Below are positions 1-10,492 of a stretch of DNA of 64,000 nt, piece by piece (the stretch's first letter is position 1; the number at the start of each line of letters is the position of its first letter). The notes under the pieces are model-generated. The model worked only from the letters and a program-made list of their open reading frames with translations. It made no database searches and was not told where the DNA came from. The stretch covers positions 3,841 to 67,840 of the forward strand of contig NZ_CAUPZT010000003.1 of assembly GCF_963515615.1 (NCBI RefSeq). Reading direction: 5' to 3'. The DNA is from an uncultured Granulicatella sp. (GTDB lineage: Bacteria > Bacillota > Bacilli > Lactobacillales > Aerococcaceae). Both the position numbers and the translations under genes were made by a program.

Positions 1-608
1 GTTAGTTCTTCACGATTTTCCGCTTTTGAAATACCTACACTTGATCCCATATTAGCTGGTTTAACAAATACTGGGTAAATTAATGTTCCTTCAATTTTAT
101 TATAAATACTTTCAGGATTTTGTTTCCATTGTGTTTTATTAAATGGTACATATGGCAATTGTGGTAATCCTGCTTGTTGGAATAATTGTTTACTTGTAAT
201 TTTATCCATTCCACAAGCACTTGCTAATACGCCACATCCAACGTAAGGAACATCCATCATTTCAAACAATCCTTGAATTGTCCCATCTTCTCCATTAGGT
301 CCATGTAATACTGGGAAAACAACACATTCCTCTTCTTTTAAATCATAAGGAGTTACTAAAACACCCGTTGAAACTTCCCCTTCACTTGTTGCAAAGTGAG
401 CTTCTTGACTTGCTTCTAATCTTAAAGCTTCAGAAAAAGCTACAGGGCCTGTTAACGCTTCACCTTTCAGCCATTCTCCTTTTCGATTAATATAGACTGG
501 TTGAACTTCATAATAATCAAAATAGATTTCTTTAATAATTGAAAAAGCCGTTAAAATTGAAATATCATGTTCAGCACTTTTGCCTCCATAAACGACTATA
601 ATTTTCAT
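1..608 (-). CDS. ddl: D-alanine--D-alanine ligase, N-terminal ~200 aa (gene runs off the window start)
   Basis: Own minus-strand translation from ATG 606-608: MKIIVVYGGKSAEHDISILTAFS...PNGEDGTIQGLFEMMDVPYV, canonical Ddl N-terminus. GGAGG RBS at 616-620. Confidence 0.85.
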   Translation of the reverse strand, partial: MKIIVVYGGKSAEHDISILTAFSIIKEIYFDYYEVQPVYINRKGEWLKGEALTGPVAFSEALRLEASQEAHFATSEGEVSTGVLVTPYDLKEEECVVFPVLHGPNGEDGTIQGLFEMMDVPYVGCGVLASACGMDKITSKQLFQQAGLPQLPYVPFNKTQWKQNPESIYNKIEGTLIYPVFVKPANMGSSVGISKAENREEL

Positions 609-827
609 AAACAATCCTCCAACTAGAACTATCTTATCTAGATACTTCTTTCATAGTTCATACACTAGTATATCAAATGCACTATAAACTGACAAGGTAC
701 TCACATTTTGCCAAAACACCTTCAGAAAATATAAAAAGAGCCAAGATAACTTGACCCTTTAACAGATTTACGATTATTCCTTGGCTGGTCGATGTATCCA
801 GCATCTCAGAGCTCAAAGAATAACAGT

Positions 828-856
828 ATTGTACGACTTATTTTTGTTCATTTCAA
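828..856 (-). promoter_or_regulatory. Candidate sigma-A promoter TTGAAA-17nt-TACAAT, about 220 nt upstream of ddl
   Basis: Minus strand: -35 TTGAAA (851-856), exact 17-nt spacer, -10 TACAAT (828-833). Lies just after the radC stop. Confidence 0.4.
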
Positions 857-876
857 CTATTTAGACAACACTCTCC

Positions 877-1563
877 TTAGAAATACCCCTCTTCCTTTAA
901 AGAGCAATAGGTATGATCTCCCACAATAAAATGATCTAACAATTCAATTCCCATCATTTCTCCACATTCCGATAATCGTCTTGTAAAATCAATATCCGCT
1001 TGAGACGGGGTAACATTTCCACTTGGATGATTATGTCCGATAATAATTCTTGCTGCAGAAAAGCGAACCGCTTCTCTAAAAATTTCTCTTGGATGAACGA
1101 CTGCTTGATTGAGCCCACCGCGAAAAATAATTTTTTTCTTAATCACTTCATTTTTTGAATTTAAAAATAATGCAATTAAATGTTCTTGGTACAAATCTTT
1201 TAATTCTTCCATAATACATTCTCCCGCTTTTTGCGAGCTTGTAATATGTCCTAATTTTGTTTGCTTCGCTGTTCCTAATCGAATTCCCAATTCCATTGCA
1301 GCTTTTAATTCAATGGCTTTAGTCCGTCCAATTCCATGAATCGCCATTAATTCTTCCACTGTTGCCATTTTTAATGTAAATAAATCTTCAAACGTGTTTA
1401 ACACGACTTTCGCTAATTGCAATACATTTAATTCTCTGGATCCTGTCCGAAGCAAAATCGCTAATAATTCGTAAGTTTCTAAACTTTTAGCTCCTAATTT
1501 TTCTAACCGTTCTCTTGGCATTGACTCCAAAGGTAATTCTAATAATTGTTGATCCATTTCCAT
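877..1563 (-). CDS. radC: RadC-family JAB-domain protein (UPF0758)
   Basis: MEMDQQLLELPLESMPRERL...HNHPSGNVTPSQADIDFTRRL, the JAMM-like HxHPSG motif typical of RadC. Start moved to ATG 1563 behind the AGAGGAGG RBS. Confidence 0.85.
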   Translation of the reverse strand: MEMDQQLLELPLESMPRERLEKLGAKSLETYELLAILLRTGSRELNVLQLAKVVLNTFEDLFTLKMATVEELMAIHGIGRTKAIELKAAMELGIRLGTAKQTKLGHITSSQKAGECIMEELKDLYQEHLIALFLNSKNEVIKKKIIFRGGLNQAVVHPREIFREAVRFSAARIIIGHNHPSGNVTPSQADIDFTRRLSECGEMMGIELLDHFIVGDHTYCSLKEEGYF

Positions 1564-1590
1564 TTTATTGCCTCCTCTTGCATATAATAC

Positions 1591-1615
1591 GTTCACTTAT
1601 ATATACGCAAAAAAA
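1591..1615 (-). promoter_or_regulatory. Candidate competence (ComX/sigma-X-type) promoter box upstream of radC
   Basis: Sense strand reads TTTTTTTGCGTATATATAAGTGAAC about 28 nt before the radC start. Same box as at comFA, comEA and the two nuclease genes. Confidence 0.5.
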
Positions 1616-1628
1616 GGCAAAAAATATT

Positions 1629-2915
1629 TTATTTTACGAAAAATTTTCTTATAAAAGAAATAAAATAGAGAGAACCTGTAATCCAAAGTGTTTCTTGGTC
1701 TGACCTTTTGTTAATGTAATTCTCGATAAATTGTTGAGTATTCTCTACAAATTCAATCTCACTAGAAGGGTAGTCTGTTCTTTCAATTGCACCTGCATAA
1801 TCAAATGTTGTTACTACTAACCGAGCTTCCGGTAACTCTTTTCGTAAATAATCGACCATTTCTTTATAGTGTTTTCTCTTTAAAGCAGAAAATAAAATCG
1901 TCTGTTGAGCTTCCAGTTCTCCATGTTGTTTTACCGTTTCAACAAATCGTTTTAATGCATGAATATTATGAGCTCCATCTAATATTACTGTAGGGCTTTG
2001 ATGCACTACTTCCATTCTTCCTGGCCAAGTAACCGTTTGGAAACTTTCTTGAATGGCAGATAGTTCAATTGGAAGTTGGAATTTCTTTTCAAATCGTAAA
2101 AAGCATTCTAACGCTACTGCAGCATTTTCTAATTGATACTTCCCTTTTAAATTCAAATAAGAAATGTGAATTCGAGTATCTGCATTTGTAAAAATAAACC
2201 CATCTTCAAACGGTTCAATTTTAAACTCTCGTTCAAACGTATGTAAGTCACAGTTATAAGCTTTTCCGACTACTTCAGCTACTTGTAGTGCTTCTGTTGG
2301 TAAATTTCCTAATATGACTACTTGATTTTGTTTGAAAATTCCCGTTTTTTGAATCGCAATTTCTTCAAGCGTATTTCCTAACATTTCTTCATGATCCATC
2401 CCAATCGATGTAATCACGCTCATTGTTGAATGGATAATATTGGTTGTATCTAATAATCCACCAATCCCTACTTCTAATAAAGCAATTTCCACTTTTTTTC
2501 TAGAAAAATAGACTAACGCCATAGCCGTCATGATTTCAAAGAAACTTAATGGTTCATATTCATCTATCAATGTTGCTTCTGCTTGTTGAACGAGATTTCC
2601 AACAATTTCAAAGTCTTCTTCAGACATTACGTTACCATTGATTAAAAACCGATCCGTATAATCAATTAAATGAGGGGAAACAAATGCTCCTACCTTTTGC
2701 CCGTGATGAACAAATAAGGACGATAGCATCGCAATCGTAGAACCTTTTCCATTTGTTCCCGTTACATGAATAATCGGATAATCTTCCTGAGGATTTCCAA
2801 GAAGAGACATGACTGCTCTCATTCTTTCTAATCCGTATTTTCGTTTATATTTCATTCGATCAACTATCCACTCTCTAACTTTTTGCATGAACTTCCCTTC
2901 TTTCATTTTCATCAT
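1629..2915 (-). CDS. folC: Folylpolyglutamate synthase / dihydrofolate synthase
   Basis: HVTGTNGKGST P-loop and Mur-ligase-like layout. Start ambiguous: ATG 2915 behind GAGGGA, or ATG 2888 behind GAAGGGA. Confidence 0.85.
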   Translation of the reverse strand: MMKMKEGKFMQKVREWIVDRMKYKRKYGLERMRAVMSLLGNPQEDYPIIHVTGTNGKGSTIAMLSSLFVHHGQKVGAFVSPHLIDYTDRFLINGNVMSEEDFEIVGNLVQQAEATLIDEYEPLSFFEIMTAMALVYFSRKKVEIALLEVGIGGLLDTTNIIHSTMSVITSIGMDHEEMLGNTLEEIAIQKTGIFKQNQVVILGNLPTEALQVAEVVGKAYNCDLHTFEREFKIEPFEDGFIFTNADTRIHISYLNLKGKYQLENAAVALECFLRFEKKFQLPIELSAIQESFQTVTWPGRMEVVHQSPTVILDGAHNIHALKRFVETVKQHGELEAQQTILFSALKRKHYKEMVDYLRKELPEARLVVTTFDYAGAIERTDYPSSEIEFVENTQQFIENYINKRSDQETLWITGSLYFISFIRKFFVK

Positions 2916-2981
2916 ACAAATTCCCTCTTCAACTTGCAAGAAATTTAAAGACGTTTTCTGAGTCTACATACTTTACAAACC

Positions 2982-3017
2982 AAAAAATCCTGCTAGTGAT
3001 TTCTCACCAACAGGATT
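2982..3017 (-). terminator. Rho-independent terminator after valS
   Basis: Minus strand AATCCTG...CAGGATT stem followed by TTTTTT. Confidence 0.6.
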
Positions 3018-3041
3018 TGTCTTATTTATTTCATGACATTA

Positions 3042-5687
3042 TTATGCCAATGTTTTTAAGGTTGCAATACGTTCTAGAACTGCTTGACGTTGATCAGCGT
3101 ATTCTTTTCCTTTTGCACGTTCTGCTTCTACGACAGCTTCTGGTGCTTTAGCAACGAATTTTTCATTTGATAATTTTTTTTCTACACGATTCACTTCATC
3201 TTGTAGTTTAGTTGCTTCTTTTTCTAAACGAGCAATTTCGTCATCAATATTAATTAATCCTGCTAATGGTAAGTAGATTTCAGCTCCACTAATGACACTT
3301 GTTACAGCGTGACTTGGCGCTTCAACTTCTAAACCATATTCAAATGATTCAGGATTACAGAAACGAGCAATATAGCTTTCATTTTCTGATAAAATAGCTT
3401 GAATATCCGCACTTGAAGTTTTTGCGATAATCGCAATTGGTTTCGATAATGGTGTATTCATTTCATTTCTGCTTGTACGAACGGAACGAATAAAGTCCAT
3501 TAAGAATTCCATTTTTTCTGCTGCAGCTTCATCCATTTGACTTTCTTGTACAACTGGATATGAAGCCACTACTAATGAATCTCCAACATGAGGAACTGAT
3601 TGCCAAATTTCTTCAGTTACGAATGGCATAATTGGATGTAATAAACGTAATGTTTGATCTAATACATATACTAAAATGCTACGAGTTGTTAATTTAGCAG
3701 CTTCATCATTTCCTGCTAATGTTTCTTTAGACATTTCAATATACCAATCACAGAAATCATCCCAAATGAAGCGATACAATAGACGACCAGCTTCACCAAA
3801 TTCAAATTTCTCGAATAATTCTGTTACTTTAGCAATCACTTGGTTTAAGCGAGTTAAAATCCATTTGTCTGCTAATGTTTTTTCACCAGTAATATCTAAT
3901 TGCACTACTGTTAAATCACCAATATTCATTAACGCATAACGGCTAGCATTCCAGATTTTATTGATAAAGTTCCATGCAGCATCCATTTTATCTGTAGAAT
4001 AACGAACGTCTTGTCCAGGTGCTGAACCATTTGCTAAGAACCAACGTAACGCATCTGCTCCGTATTGTTCGATGACTTCCATTGGGTCCACACCATTACC
4101 AAGAGATTTACTCATTTTACGACCTTGGCTATCACGAATTAATCCGTGGATTAGTACATTTTTAAATGGACGTTTGCCTGTAAATTCTAATCCTTGGAAC
4201 ATCATACGGCTTACCCAGAATGTTAAAATATCATAACCTGTTACAAGTGTACTTGTTGGATAGTAACGTTTATAGTCACTAGCTTCAACATCAGGCCAAC
4301 CCATTGTTGAAAATGGCCATAATGCAGATGAGAACCATGTATCTAATACATCCACATCTTGTATCCAGTTTTCAGCATCTGCTGGAGCTTCCATTCCAAC
4401 ATATACTTCACCAGTTTCATTATGATACCATGCTGGAATTTGATGTCCCCACCATAATTGACGAGAAATTACCCAGTCATGAATGTTTTCCATCCAACGT
4501 AAGTAAGCATCATTAAAACGTGGTGGGTAGAAATTAACTGTATTATCTTCTTCTGCACGTTGCGCTTGAATCGCTTGTTCTGCTAAAGGTCCCATTTTAA
4601 CAAACCATTGTTTTGATAAACGAGGTTCTACCACTACATCTGTACGTTCAGAATGTCCCACACTATGAACATGTTTTTCGATTTTTACAAGAAGTCCTGC
4701 TTCTTCTAAATCTTTCACGATTGCTTTACGAGCTGCAAAACGATCCATTCCTTCGTATTTTCCAGCTAATTCATTCATTGTAGCATCATCATTCATCACA
4801 TTTACACGTGGTAAATTGTGACGATTACCAACTTCAAAGTCATTTGGGTCATGGGCAGGTGTAATTTTTACAACCCCTGTTCCAAAATCTTGTTCAACAT
4901 ACTCATCAGCAATAATTGGAATTTCTTTTCCAACTAATGGCAAGATAACTGTTTTTCCAATCAATGCTTGATAACGTTCATCTTCAGGGTGAACTGCAAC
5001 TGCAGTATCTCCAAGTAGCGTTTCAGGACGAGTTGTTGCAACTTCTAATACTCCACTTCCGTCTGCTAATGGATAATTCATATGGTAGAAAGCACCTTCT
5101 ACATCTTTATGAATAACTTCGATATCTGATAATGAAGTTTTTGCTTTTGGATCCCAGTTAATAATGTATTCTCCACGGTAAATTAAGCCTTTTTCATATA
5201 ACGTTACGAATACTTTTTTAACAGCATCTGATAGTCCTTGGTCTAATGTGAAACGTTCACGGCGATAGTCCACTGAAATTCCCATTTTTGCCCATTGTTC
5301 ACGGATATGGCTTGCATATTCTTCTTTCCATTCCCATGTTTGTTCTAAGAATTTTTCACGTCCTAGGTCATAACGAGATAAGCCTTCTCCACGTAATTTT
5401 TCTTCTACTTTTGCTTGAGTCGCAATTCCTGCATGGTCCATCCCTGGTAACCATAATGTATCGTATCCTTGCATACGTTTTTGACGAATAATCATATCTT
5501 GTAATGTAACGTCCCACGCATGTCCTAAGTGTAATTTACCTGTTACATTTGGTGGTGGAATAACGATTGAATAAGGTTCTGCATTTGGATCTTCATTTGG
5601 ATGGAAGACTCCTGATTCAACCCACCATTGATATTTTCCCGCTTCAACTTCTTGTGGTTGAAACTTTGGTGACATTTCTTTTGCCAT
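3042..5687 (-). CDS. valS: Valine--tRNA ligase
   Basis: 881 aa; class I HIGH ([13 protein letters not shown]) and KMSKS motifs; C-terminal coiled coil. Confidence 0.95.
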   Translation of the reverse strand: MAKEMSPKFQPQEVEAGKYQWWVESGVFHPNEDPNAEPYSIVIPPPNVTGKLHLGHAWDVTLQDMIIRQKRMQGYDTLWLPGMDHAGIATQAKVEEKLRGEGLSRYDLGREKFLEQTWEWKEEYASHIREQWAKMGISVDYRRERFTLDQGLSDAVKKVFVTLYEKGLIYRGEYIINWDPKAKTSLSDIEVIHKDVEGAFYHMNYPLADGSGVLEVATTRPETLLGDTAVAVHPEDERYQALIGKTVILPLVGKEIPIIADEYVEQDFGTGVVKITPAHDPNDFEVGNRHNLPRVNVMNDDATMNELAGKYEGMDRFAARKAIVKDLEEAGLLVKIEKHVHSVGHSERTDVVVEPRLSKQWFVKMGPLAEQAIQAQRAEEDNTVNFYPPRFNDAYLRWMENIHDWVISRQLWWGHQIPAWYHNETGEVYVGMEAPADAENWIQDVDVLDTWFSSALWPFSTMGWPDVEASDYKRYYPTSTLVTGYDILTFWVSRMMFQGLEFTGKRPFKNVLIHGLIRDSQGRKMSKSLGNGVDPMEVIEQYGADALRWFLANGSAPGQDVRYSTDKMDAAWNFINKIWNASRYALMNIGDLTVVQLDITGEKTLADKWILTRLNQVIAKVTELFEKFEFGEAGRLLYRFIWDDFCDWYIEMSKETLAGNDEAAKLTTRSILVYVLDQTLRLLHPIMPFVTEEIWQSVPHVGDSLVVASYPVVQESQMDEAAAEKMEFLMDFIRSVRTSRNEMNTPLSKPIAIIAKTSSADIQAILSENESYIARFCNPESFEYGLEVEAPSHAVTSVISGAEIYLPLAGLINIDDEIARLEKEATKLQDEVNRVEKKLSNEKFVAKAPEAVVEAERAKGKEYADQRQAVLERIATLKTLA

Positions 5688-5699
5688 TCTTTTTCCTCC

Positions 5700-5960
5700 T
5701 TAATAAAATGATTTTGATACAATAAAAAAATCCTATAAAGATTTACTTCATAGGACGATTATTTTCGTGGTACCACCTAATATTCGCATCATAACTGATG
5801 CCTTTAACGTTGTTAACGAAGTCTACTCCGAGCTAAGTTACTATGATTCCCCTAGCCAACTTACAAGCTACCTTCATACAAATTTGTTAAGAAGTTTCAC
5901 CAACCCTTCTCTCTCTATCAACTAAAATTCGTATTACTCCTCTTGCGCAATGCTTTTATT
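5700..5960 (-). promoter_or_regulatory. T-box leader (tRNA-sensing riboswitch) of valS
   Basis: Minus strand carries the T-box core AATATTAGGTGGTACCACG (plus coords about 5766-5784), an AGAGA-type stem I element (GATAGAGAGAGAAGG) and a terminator TCCTAT..ATAGGA + TTTTTTT just before the valS RBS. Specifier codon not assigned with confidence. Confidence 0.8.
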
Positions 5961-6025
5961 CTATGGAATATAGTCTACCATTGTTTAACAATACTTGCAA
6001 ATGATTTTCCTTATATCTATTCTAC

Positions 6026-6913
6026 TTATTTTTTCAAGAAACGGCGCATTGAGAAAATAGAACCAAATGATCCAATTAAAATCCCAACTCCAGCCATCGC
6101 CCAAGATAAGCGATATAAGAAAGGATTTGGTGCTAATAAGCTAAAAGTTGATCCCGCAAAGAAATCACTTCCACCTTTATAAATCCATACATATAAAGCC
6201 CATAATAAAGCAATTGGTACAATTGAGCCAATTAACCCAATTAATCCACCTTCTAAGAAGAAAGGCCAACGAATATAAGCTTTTGTCGCTCCTACTAATT
6301 GCATAATTTCAATTTCTGTTCTACGAGCATGAATTGCTGCACGAATCGTATTAGAAATTAAAAATAATGCAATAATTAATAATACTAAAATTACACCGAT
6401 TCCAACATTTCTAGCTGTTGAAATAACTTTAAATAATGTATCCGCACGTGCTCCACCATAGTTAACACGAGCTACATAATCCATTTTTTCAATCACATTT
6501 GCAACTTCTTTTGTTTGTTTTGGATTTTTAGTACTGACATCAAATGCGTCTCTCAATGGATTACTATCATTTTTAAATAATTCAAATTCTTGTGCAACAC
6601 TCTTAGTGATGTCTTCTAATTCTTCGTCTTTTGAACGGAATTTCACCGTATCAACTGTATCCAGCGCTTCAATCGCAGCCTTCAATTCCGTTGTTTTTGT
6701 TTCGTCTGCTGCTAAATCAATATAGACACGAACGTTGACATCTTGTTCAACATCTGTGGCAATTTTATTCATATTAAATAATAATGAAACAAAAATCCCT
6801 ACTAGTAACAATACCATTGATACCGCAGAAATCGCACCAAATGTAGACCAACCATTTCTAAATAAACTTTTAACGGCATCACGAATATGACGCCACATTG
6901 TTCTAATCTTCAT
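6026..6913 (-). CDS. ftsX: Cell-division ABC transporter permease FtsX
   Basis: Four-TM FtsX topology with a large extracellular loop; follows ftsE with an 11-nt overlap. Start set to ATG 6913 behind GGAAGGGGA. Confidence 0.85.
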   Translation of the reverse strand: MKIRTMWRHIRDAVKSLFRNGWSTFGAISAVSMVLLLVGIFVSLLFNMNKIATDVEQDVNVRVYIDLAADETKTTELKAAIEALDTVDTVKFRSKDEELEDITKSVAQEFELFKNDSNPLRDAFDVSTKNPKQTKEVANVIEKMDYVARVNYGGARADTLFKVISTARNVGIGVILVLLIIALFLISNTIRAAIHARRTEIEIMQLVGATKAYIRWPFFLEGGLIGLIGSIVPIALLWALYVWIYKGGSDFFAGSTFSLLAPNPFLYRLSWAMAGVGILIGSFGSIFSMRRFLKK

Positions 6914-7589
6914 ATCCGTATTCCCCTTCCTCTTGGTCACGGACAATACGACCCATTTCAATAGCCAGTACACGATGTTTCTTTTCATTTACAATTTGGC
7001 TATTATGAGTTGCCATTACAATGGTTGTCCCTTGTTGATTAATTCTTTCTAAAATATCCATAATTTCCATAGAAGTTTCTGGATCTAAGTTTCCTGTTGG
7101 TTCATCTGCAATTAACACAGCAGGATTATTCACAATTGCTCTAGCAATCGCTACACGTTGTTGTTCTCCCCCTGATAATTGGTCCGGAAACATCATCATA
7201 CGATGTTTTAAGTTTACTAAAGCTAATACTTCTTCAACTTTTCGTTGAATTTCTTTTGGTGCTTTTTCAATTACTTCCATCGCATATGCAACATTTTCAT
7301 ACACTGTTAAACGAGGTAATAATTTAAAATCTTGGAACACAACTCCTACGTAACGTCTTAAATAAGGGATTTCACGTTCTCTCATTTTTGTTAAATCATA
7401 TTTCCCTACAGTAATTCTTCCTTTAGTAGCTTTTTCTTGACGATACATCATTTTTATAAATGTTGATTTCCCTGCACCTGATGGGCCAACAACATATACA
7501 AATTCTCCATCTTGAATTCTGACAGATAAATTATTTACGGCTAAAATACCTTTTCCATATTTTTTTGAAACATTCATCATTTCAATCAT
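6903..7589 (-). CDS. ftsE: Cell-division ATP-binding protein FtsE
   Basis: Walker A GPSGAGKST, signature LSGGEQQR, Walker B LIADEPTGNLD; 228 aa; paired with ftsX. Confidence 0.9.
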   Translation of the reverse strand: MIEMMNVSKKYGKGILAVNNLSVRIQDGEFVYVVGPSGAGKSTFIKMMYRQEKATKGRITVGKYDLTKMREREIPYLRRYVGVVFQDFKLLPRLTVYENVAYAMEVIEKAPKEIQRKVEEVLALVNLKHRMMMFPDQLSGGEQQRVAIARAIVNNPAVLIADEPTGNLDPETSMEIMDILERINQQGTTIVMATHNSQIVNEKKHRVLAIEMGRIVRDQEEGEYGYED

Positions 7590-7699
7590 GCGCTCACCAG
7601 CTTTCTCTATTCATAGTCTATGTCTTATCCATTATACCATTTTTATGATGACATTCTATTGATGAAATATTACAAACAGATGTCAATTTTTAGATTTTC

Positions 7700-9130
7700 T
7701 TATTGATAAACATGATTACACAACTGTGATAGATACAAAAACATATATTGTAAAGTTTCTTCTTTGATACTGTGTGGATTGATAAATTCCATATTCGGTA
7801 ACCACTGAGTTAATGTTTGACTTCTATAATGTTCCAATAATGATTTAAATGGATGGTGATACTGTGTTGTTAACATTCCCCTTTCAAAAGTAGATAAAGT
7901 AATCCCCAATTTTAAAAGTGGAATCCCTAAACCTTCTAATAGTAGTTGGAAAATTCTCAATGTTATTTCAAATTGATTAGAAGAGGTCTTTCCAAAATAC
8001 TCCTCAATCATTTCTTTCCATTTTTCAAGTAGCTCACTTGAAGAAATTTCTCCATTAAACCATTTTTCTTCCAACTCATAACTAATCATATCAACCACAA
8101 ATAGTTGAATGACATTAATATTCGTTAATGAAACAGGATTTCTTCTAAGTGCCAAAAAATTTTTCAGTAAAATATGAAAAACTTCTTCAGTAGTTCCAAT
8201 TTCAATAAAGTATTTTGAAATCATTTGGGCAATATCTTGAGAGATGATTGGAAGCAATGTCGCATAATAACGAAACGCTTCTTTTTGATAGAAAGAATAT
8301 TCTTCGTTTTTTTTATTTTTTGAATGTATATTGAAATAAACTTCTCCAAATAATTTTAAAAATTCAAATAACGAAATAGAAAATGAATGATACGGTGATA
8401 AATAGATTGAAAATTTGTGGTTCTCTTTTTTTATAAGTGCTCTTTGACTAAATTCGACAGAAATCCTATATGACTTTATAAGAGCATTCACTTGAAGTAA
8501 AAAGAAATGAAAGAATGAAATAGCTTGTTGCTGCGTAATATTCAACTCGCATACATCAGCATTTGTTGGATATTTTTTAGAAAGAAAATGAGAATGATAA
8601 AATTGAATCACTTTATCACGATGTTTTTTTATTTGACGACAACTAGAACAGACAAAGTCCTGACCATATATCTGTAATAAAATTTCTTGATAGGTTGGAG
8701 AGTGCAGATGGAATTTTTCAGAATAATAATCAAAATAAAACAATCGAAGATTGTCTAAATCTTCTTCAAATGATAATTCAAATAATTTTGGAGTCAGACA
8801 TTCTAACCATTTTACTTTGAATTCATCTTTTGCCTCTTTTAAATTTTTCGCAAAATATTTTTTGGCATATTTCTCCTTTAAATAATAATCAGAAATTTTT
8901 TGTATACCCTTTTTCTCATATAGGGTCAGTTCATCTATATGATTCATAAAATAGTGGTAGATCATCTTTGAATTTTGAGATTTCAGATGCTGATCCATAA
9001 ACTCAACTTGAAAAATATTATCACGTTGATCCAACTGATATTTATCAAAATATTCGTATTTTTGACTTAATTCTTCAATTAAATCAAGCGTATCGAATAA
9101 TCCACGAAGTTCACTAACTGTATATTGCAT
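7700..9130 (-). CDS. Hypothetical 476-aa protein; K/F/Y/E/L-rich, predicted helical, no motif recognised
   Basis: Long uninterrupted ORF; ATG 9130 behind AAGGGGG. Sits between prfB and ftsE. No recognisable catalytic motif. Confidence 0.6.
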   Translation of the reverse strand: MQYTVSELRGLFDTLDLIEELSQKYEYFDKYQLDQRDNIFQVEFMDQHLKSQNSKMIYHYFMNHIDELTLYEKKGIQKISDYYLKEKYAKKYFAKNLKEAKDEFKVKWLECLTPKLFELSFEEDLDNLRLFYFDYYSEKFHLHSPTYQEILLQIYGQDFVCSSCRQIKKHRDKVIQFYHSHFLSKKYPTNADVCELNITQQQAISFFHFFLLQVNALIKSYRISVEFSQRALIKKENHKFSIYLSPYHSFSISLFEFLKLFGEVYFNIHSKNKKNEEYSFYQKEAFRYYATLLPIISQDIAQMISKYFIEIGTTEEVFHILLKNFLALRRNPVSLTNINVIQLFVVDMISYELEEKWFNGEISSSELLEKWKEMIEEYFGKTSSNQFEITLRIFQLLLEGLGIPLLKLGITLSTFERGMLTTQYHHPFKSLLEHYRSQTLTQWLPNMEFINPHSIKEETLQYMFLYLSQLCNHVYQ

Positions 9131-9217
9131 TCCCAAAACCCCCTTTTATTTTCTATTTCTATTTTACCGCTTTCATCGTTATAAAACAAATATTTTTTGA
9201 CTTTTTTCCGAAAAAAT

Positions 9218-9320
9218 AAAAATGACTTTTTATAGTAGTATTAGCGATAGAAACCACGAGGTGTGGTTTCTATCACAGGAAGCTGACGTCCTTTACTACT
9301 ATATCCAAAAAGTCAATTTT
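9218..9320 (+). repeat. Nested-hairpin intergenic repeat, copy 1 (medium form, one inner hairpin)
   Basis: AAAATGACTTTTTATAGTAGTA...GATAGAAACCAC/GTGGTTTCTATC...GCTGACGTCC...TACTACTATATCCAAAAAGTCAATTTT. Abuts the prfB stop codon. On the minus strand the stem is followed by TTTTTATTTTTT. Confidence 0.8.
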
Positions 9321-10433
9321 TATTCCGTCTCGCCGGATAGCGTCCATTTTAAATACGCATCCATAAATGGATCTAAATCTCCATCCATAACAGCACCAAT
9401 ATTCCCCGTTTCATGACCCGAACGTAAATCTTTTACTAAAGAATACGGATGGAATACATAATTTCGAATTTGAGAACCCCAAGCAATATCTTTTTGTTCG
9501 CCACGAATTTCAGCTAACTCAGCTGCTTTCTTCTCTTCTTCTAATTGATATAACTTCGTTTTTAACATTGCCATCGCTTGATCCTTATTTTTAAATTGCG
9601 AACGTTGCGCCTGACTTTGCGTTACAATTCCAGTTGGAATATGCGTAATACGAACAGCTGATGAAGTTTTATTAATATGTTGCCCCCCAGCACCACTCGC
9701 ACGATATACATCAATTTTCAAATCATCTGGATTAATTTCGATATCAATATCCCCTTCTAATTGAGGCATAATATCAATAGAACAAAATGAAGTGTGACGT
9801 TTTCCAGCAGCATCAAATGGAGAAATTCTTACTAAACGATGTACGCCTTTTTCACTCTTCAAATAACCATAGGCATTTAATCCTTCAATAGATAACGTCA
9901 CAGACTTAATACCAGCTTCTTCTCCATCTTGATAATCAACTGTTTCAATGCGGTATCCATGTTGTTCAGCCCATCTTGTATACATTCTTAACAGCATACT
10001 ACCCCAGTCTTGTGATTCTGTTCCACCAGCTCCTGGATGAATTTCTAAAATTGCACTACATTTATCATGAGGTCCACTTAGTAACATACTTAATTCATAT
10101 TTTTCTAATTCTTTTTCAACGCTATGAACACGTTCCACTAACTCCTCATGAATTTCTTCTTCGGGATCTTCTTTATACATTTCAAATAATAGTTCCACTT
10201 CTTCTACTTGTAGTTCTAATTGATGAAAAGTGTCATAGACTGCTTTTAATTCATTACTCTTTTGAATGACCATTTGTGCTTTTTCATTATCATCCCAAAA
10301 TCCAGGTTCAGACATTTGTTGCTCATAAGAAGCAATATCTTCTTCTAAATGATCTAAGTCAAAGAGACCCCCTATAACTTGTCATCTGAGTACTCATTTT
10401 TTCTAATGCATTTCTGATTTCACTAATTTCCAT
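9320..10433 (-). CDS. prfB: Peptide chain release factor 2, made via programmed +1 frameshift
   Basis: ORF0 from ATG 10433 gives MEISEIRNALEKMSTQMTSYRGSL then TGA (10359-10361). The +1 frame continues DLDHLEEDIASYEQQMSEPGFWDD... into the 331-aa ORF with the SPF and GGQ motifs. Confidence 0.9.
10359..10373 (-). promoter_or_regulatory. prfB +1 frameshift site AGGGGG-TCT-CTT-TGA-C
   Basis: Internal SD-like AGGGGG (10368-10373), slippery CTT (10362-10364) and in-frame TGA followed by C, matching the classical RF2 autoregulatory recoding signal. Confidence 0.9.
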
Positions 10434-10454
10434 ACCATTCTCCTATCTCATTGT

Positions 10455-10486
10455 AAAAAGGTAGGCTGGACTTTTGCCCAGCCTAC
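10455..10486 (-). terminator. Hairpin plus U-tract between secA and prfB
   Basis: GTAGGCTGG...CCAGCCTAC followed by CTTTTTA on the minus strand; only about 20 nt upstream of the prfB start, so possibly a partial terminator. Confidence 0.45.
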
Positions 10487-10492
10487 TTCTTA

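Noticed and set aside
3676-3939. Many 60-160-aa ORFs in the track lie antisense to or inside large genes (e.g. 1109-1339, 1787-1993, 3676-3939, 4304-4516, 5288-5491, 9976-10269, 13249-13455, 20892-21284, 21326-21703, 22027-22296, 23493-23681, 25509-25739, 27289-27474, 27577-27852, 38076-38324, 41674-42056, 44611-45090, 47668-47859, 49512-49784, 53695-53949, 56224-56433, 61345-62042, 62801-63013, 63526-63738).
   Set aside because: They overlap well-supported conserved genes, lack RBSs, and have the low-complexity composition of shadow ORFs in AT-rich DNA.
5836-5875. Assigning the T-box specifier codon (a GTA within GAAGGTAGC).
   Set aside because: I could not fold stem I reliably by eye. GGT and GTA are both readable in that loop, so no specifier is claimed.
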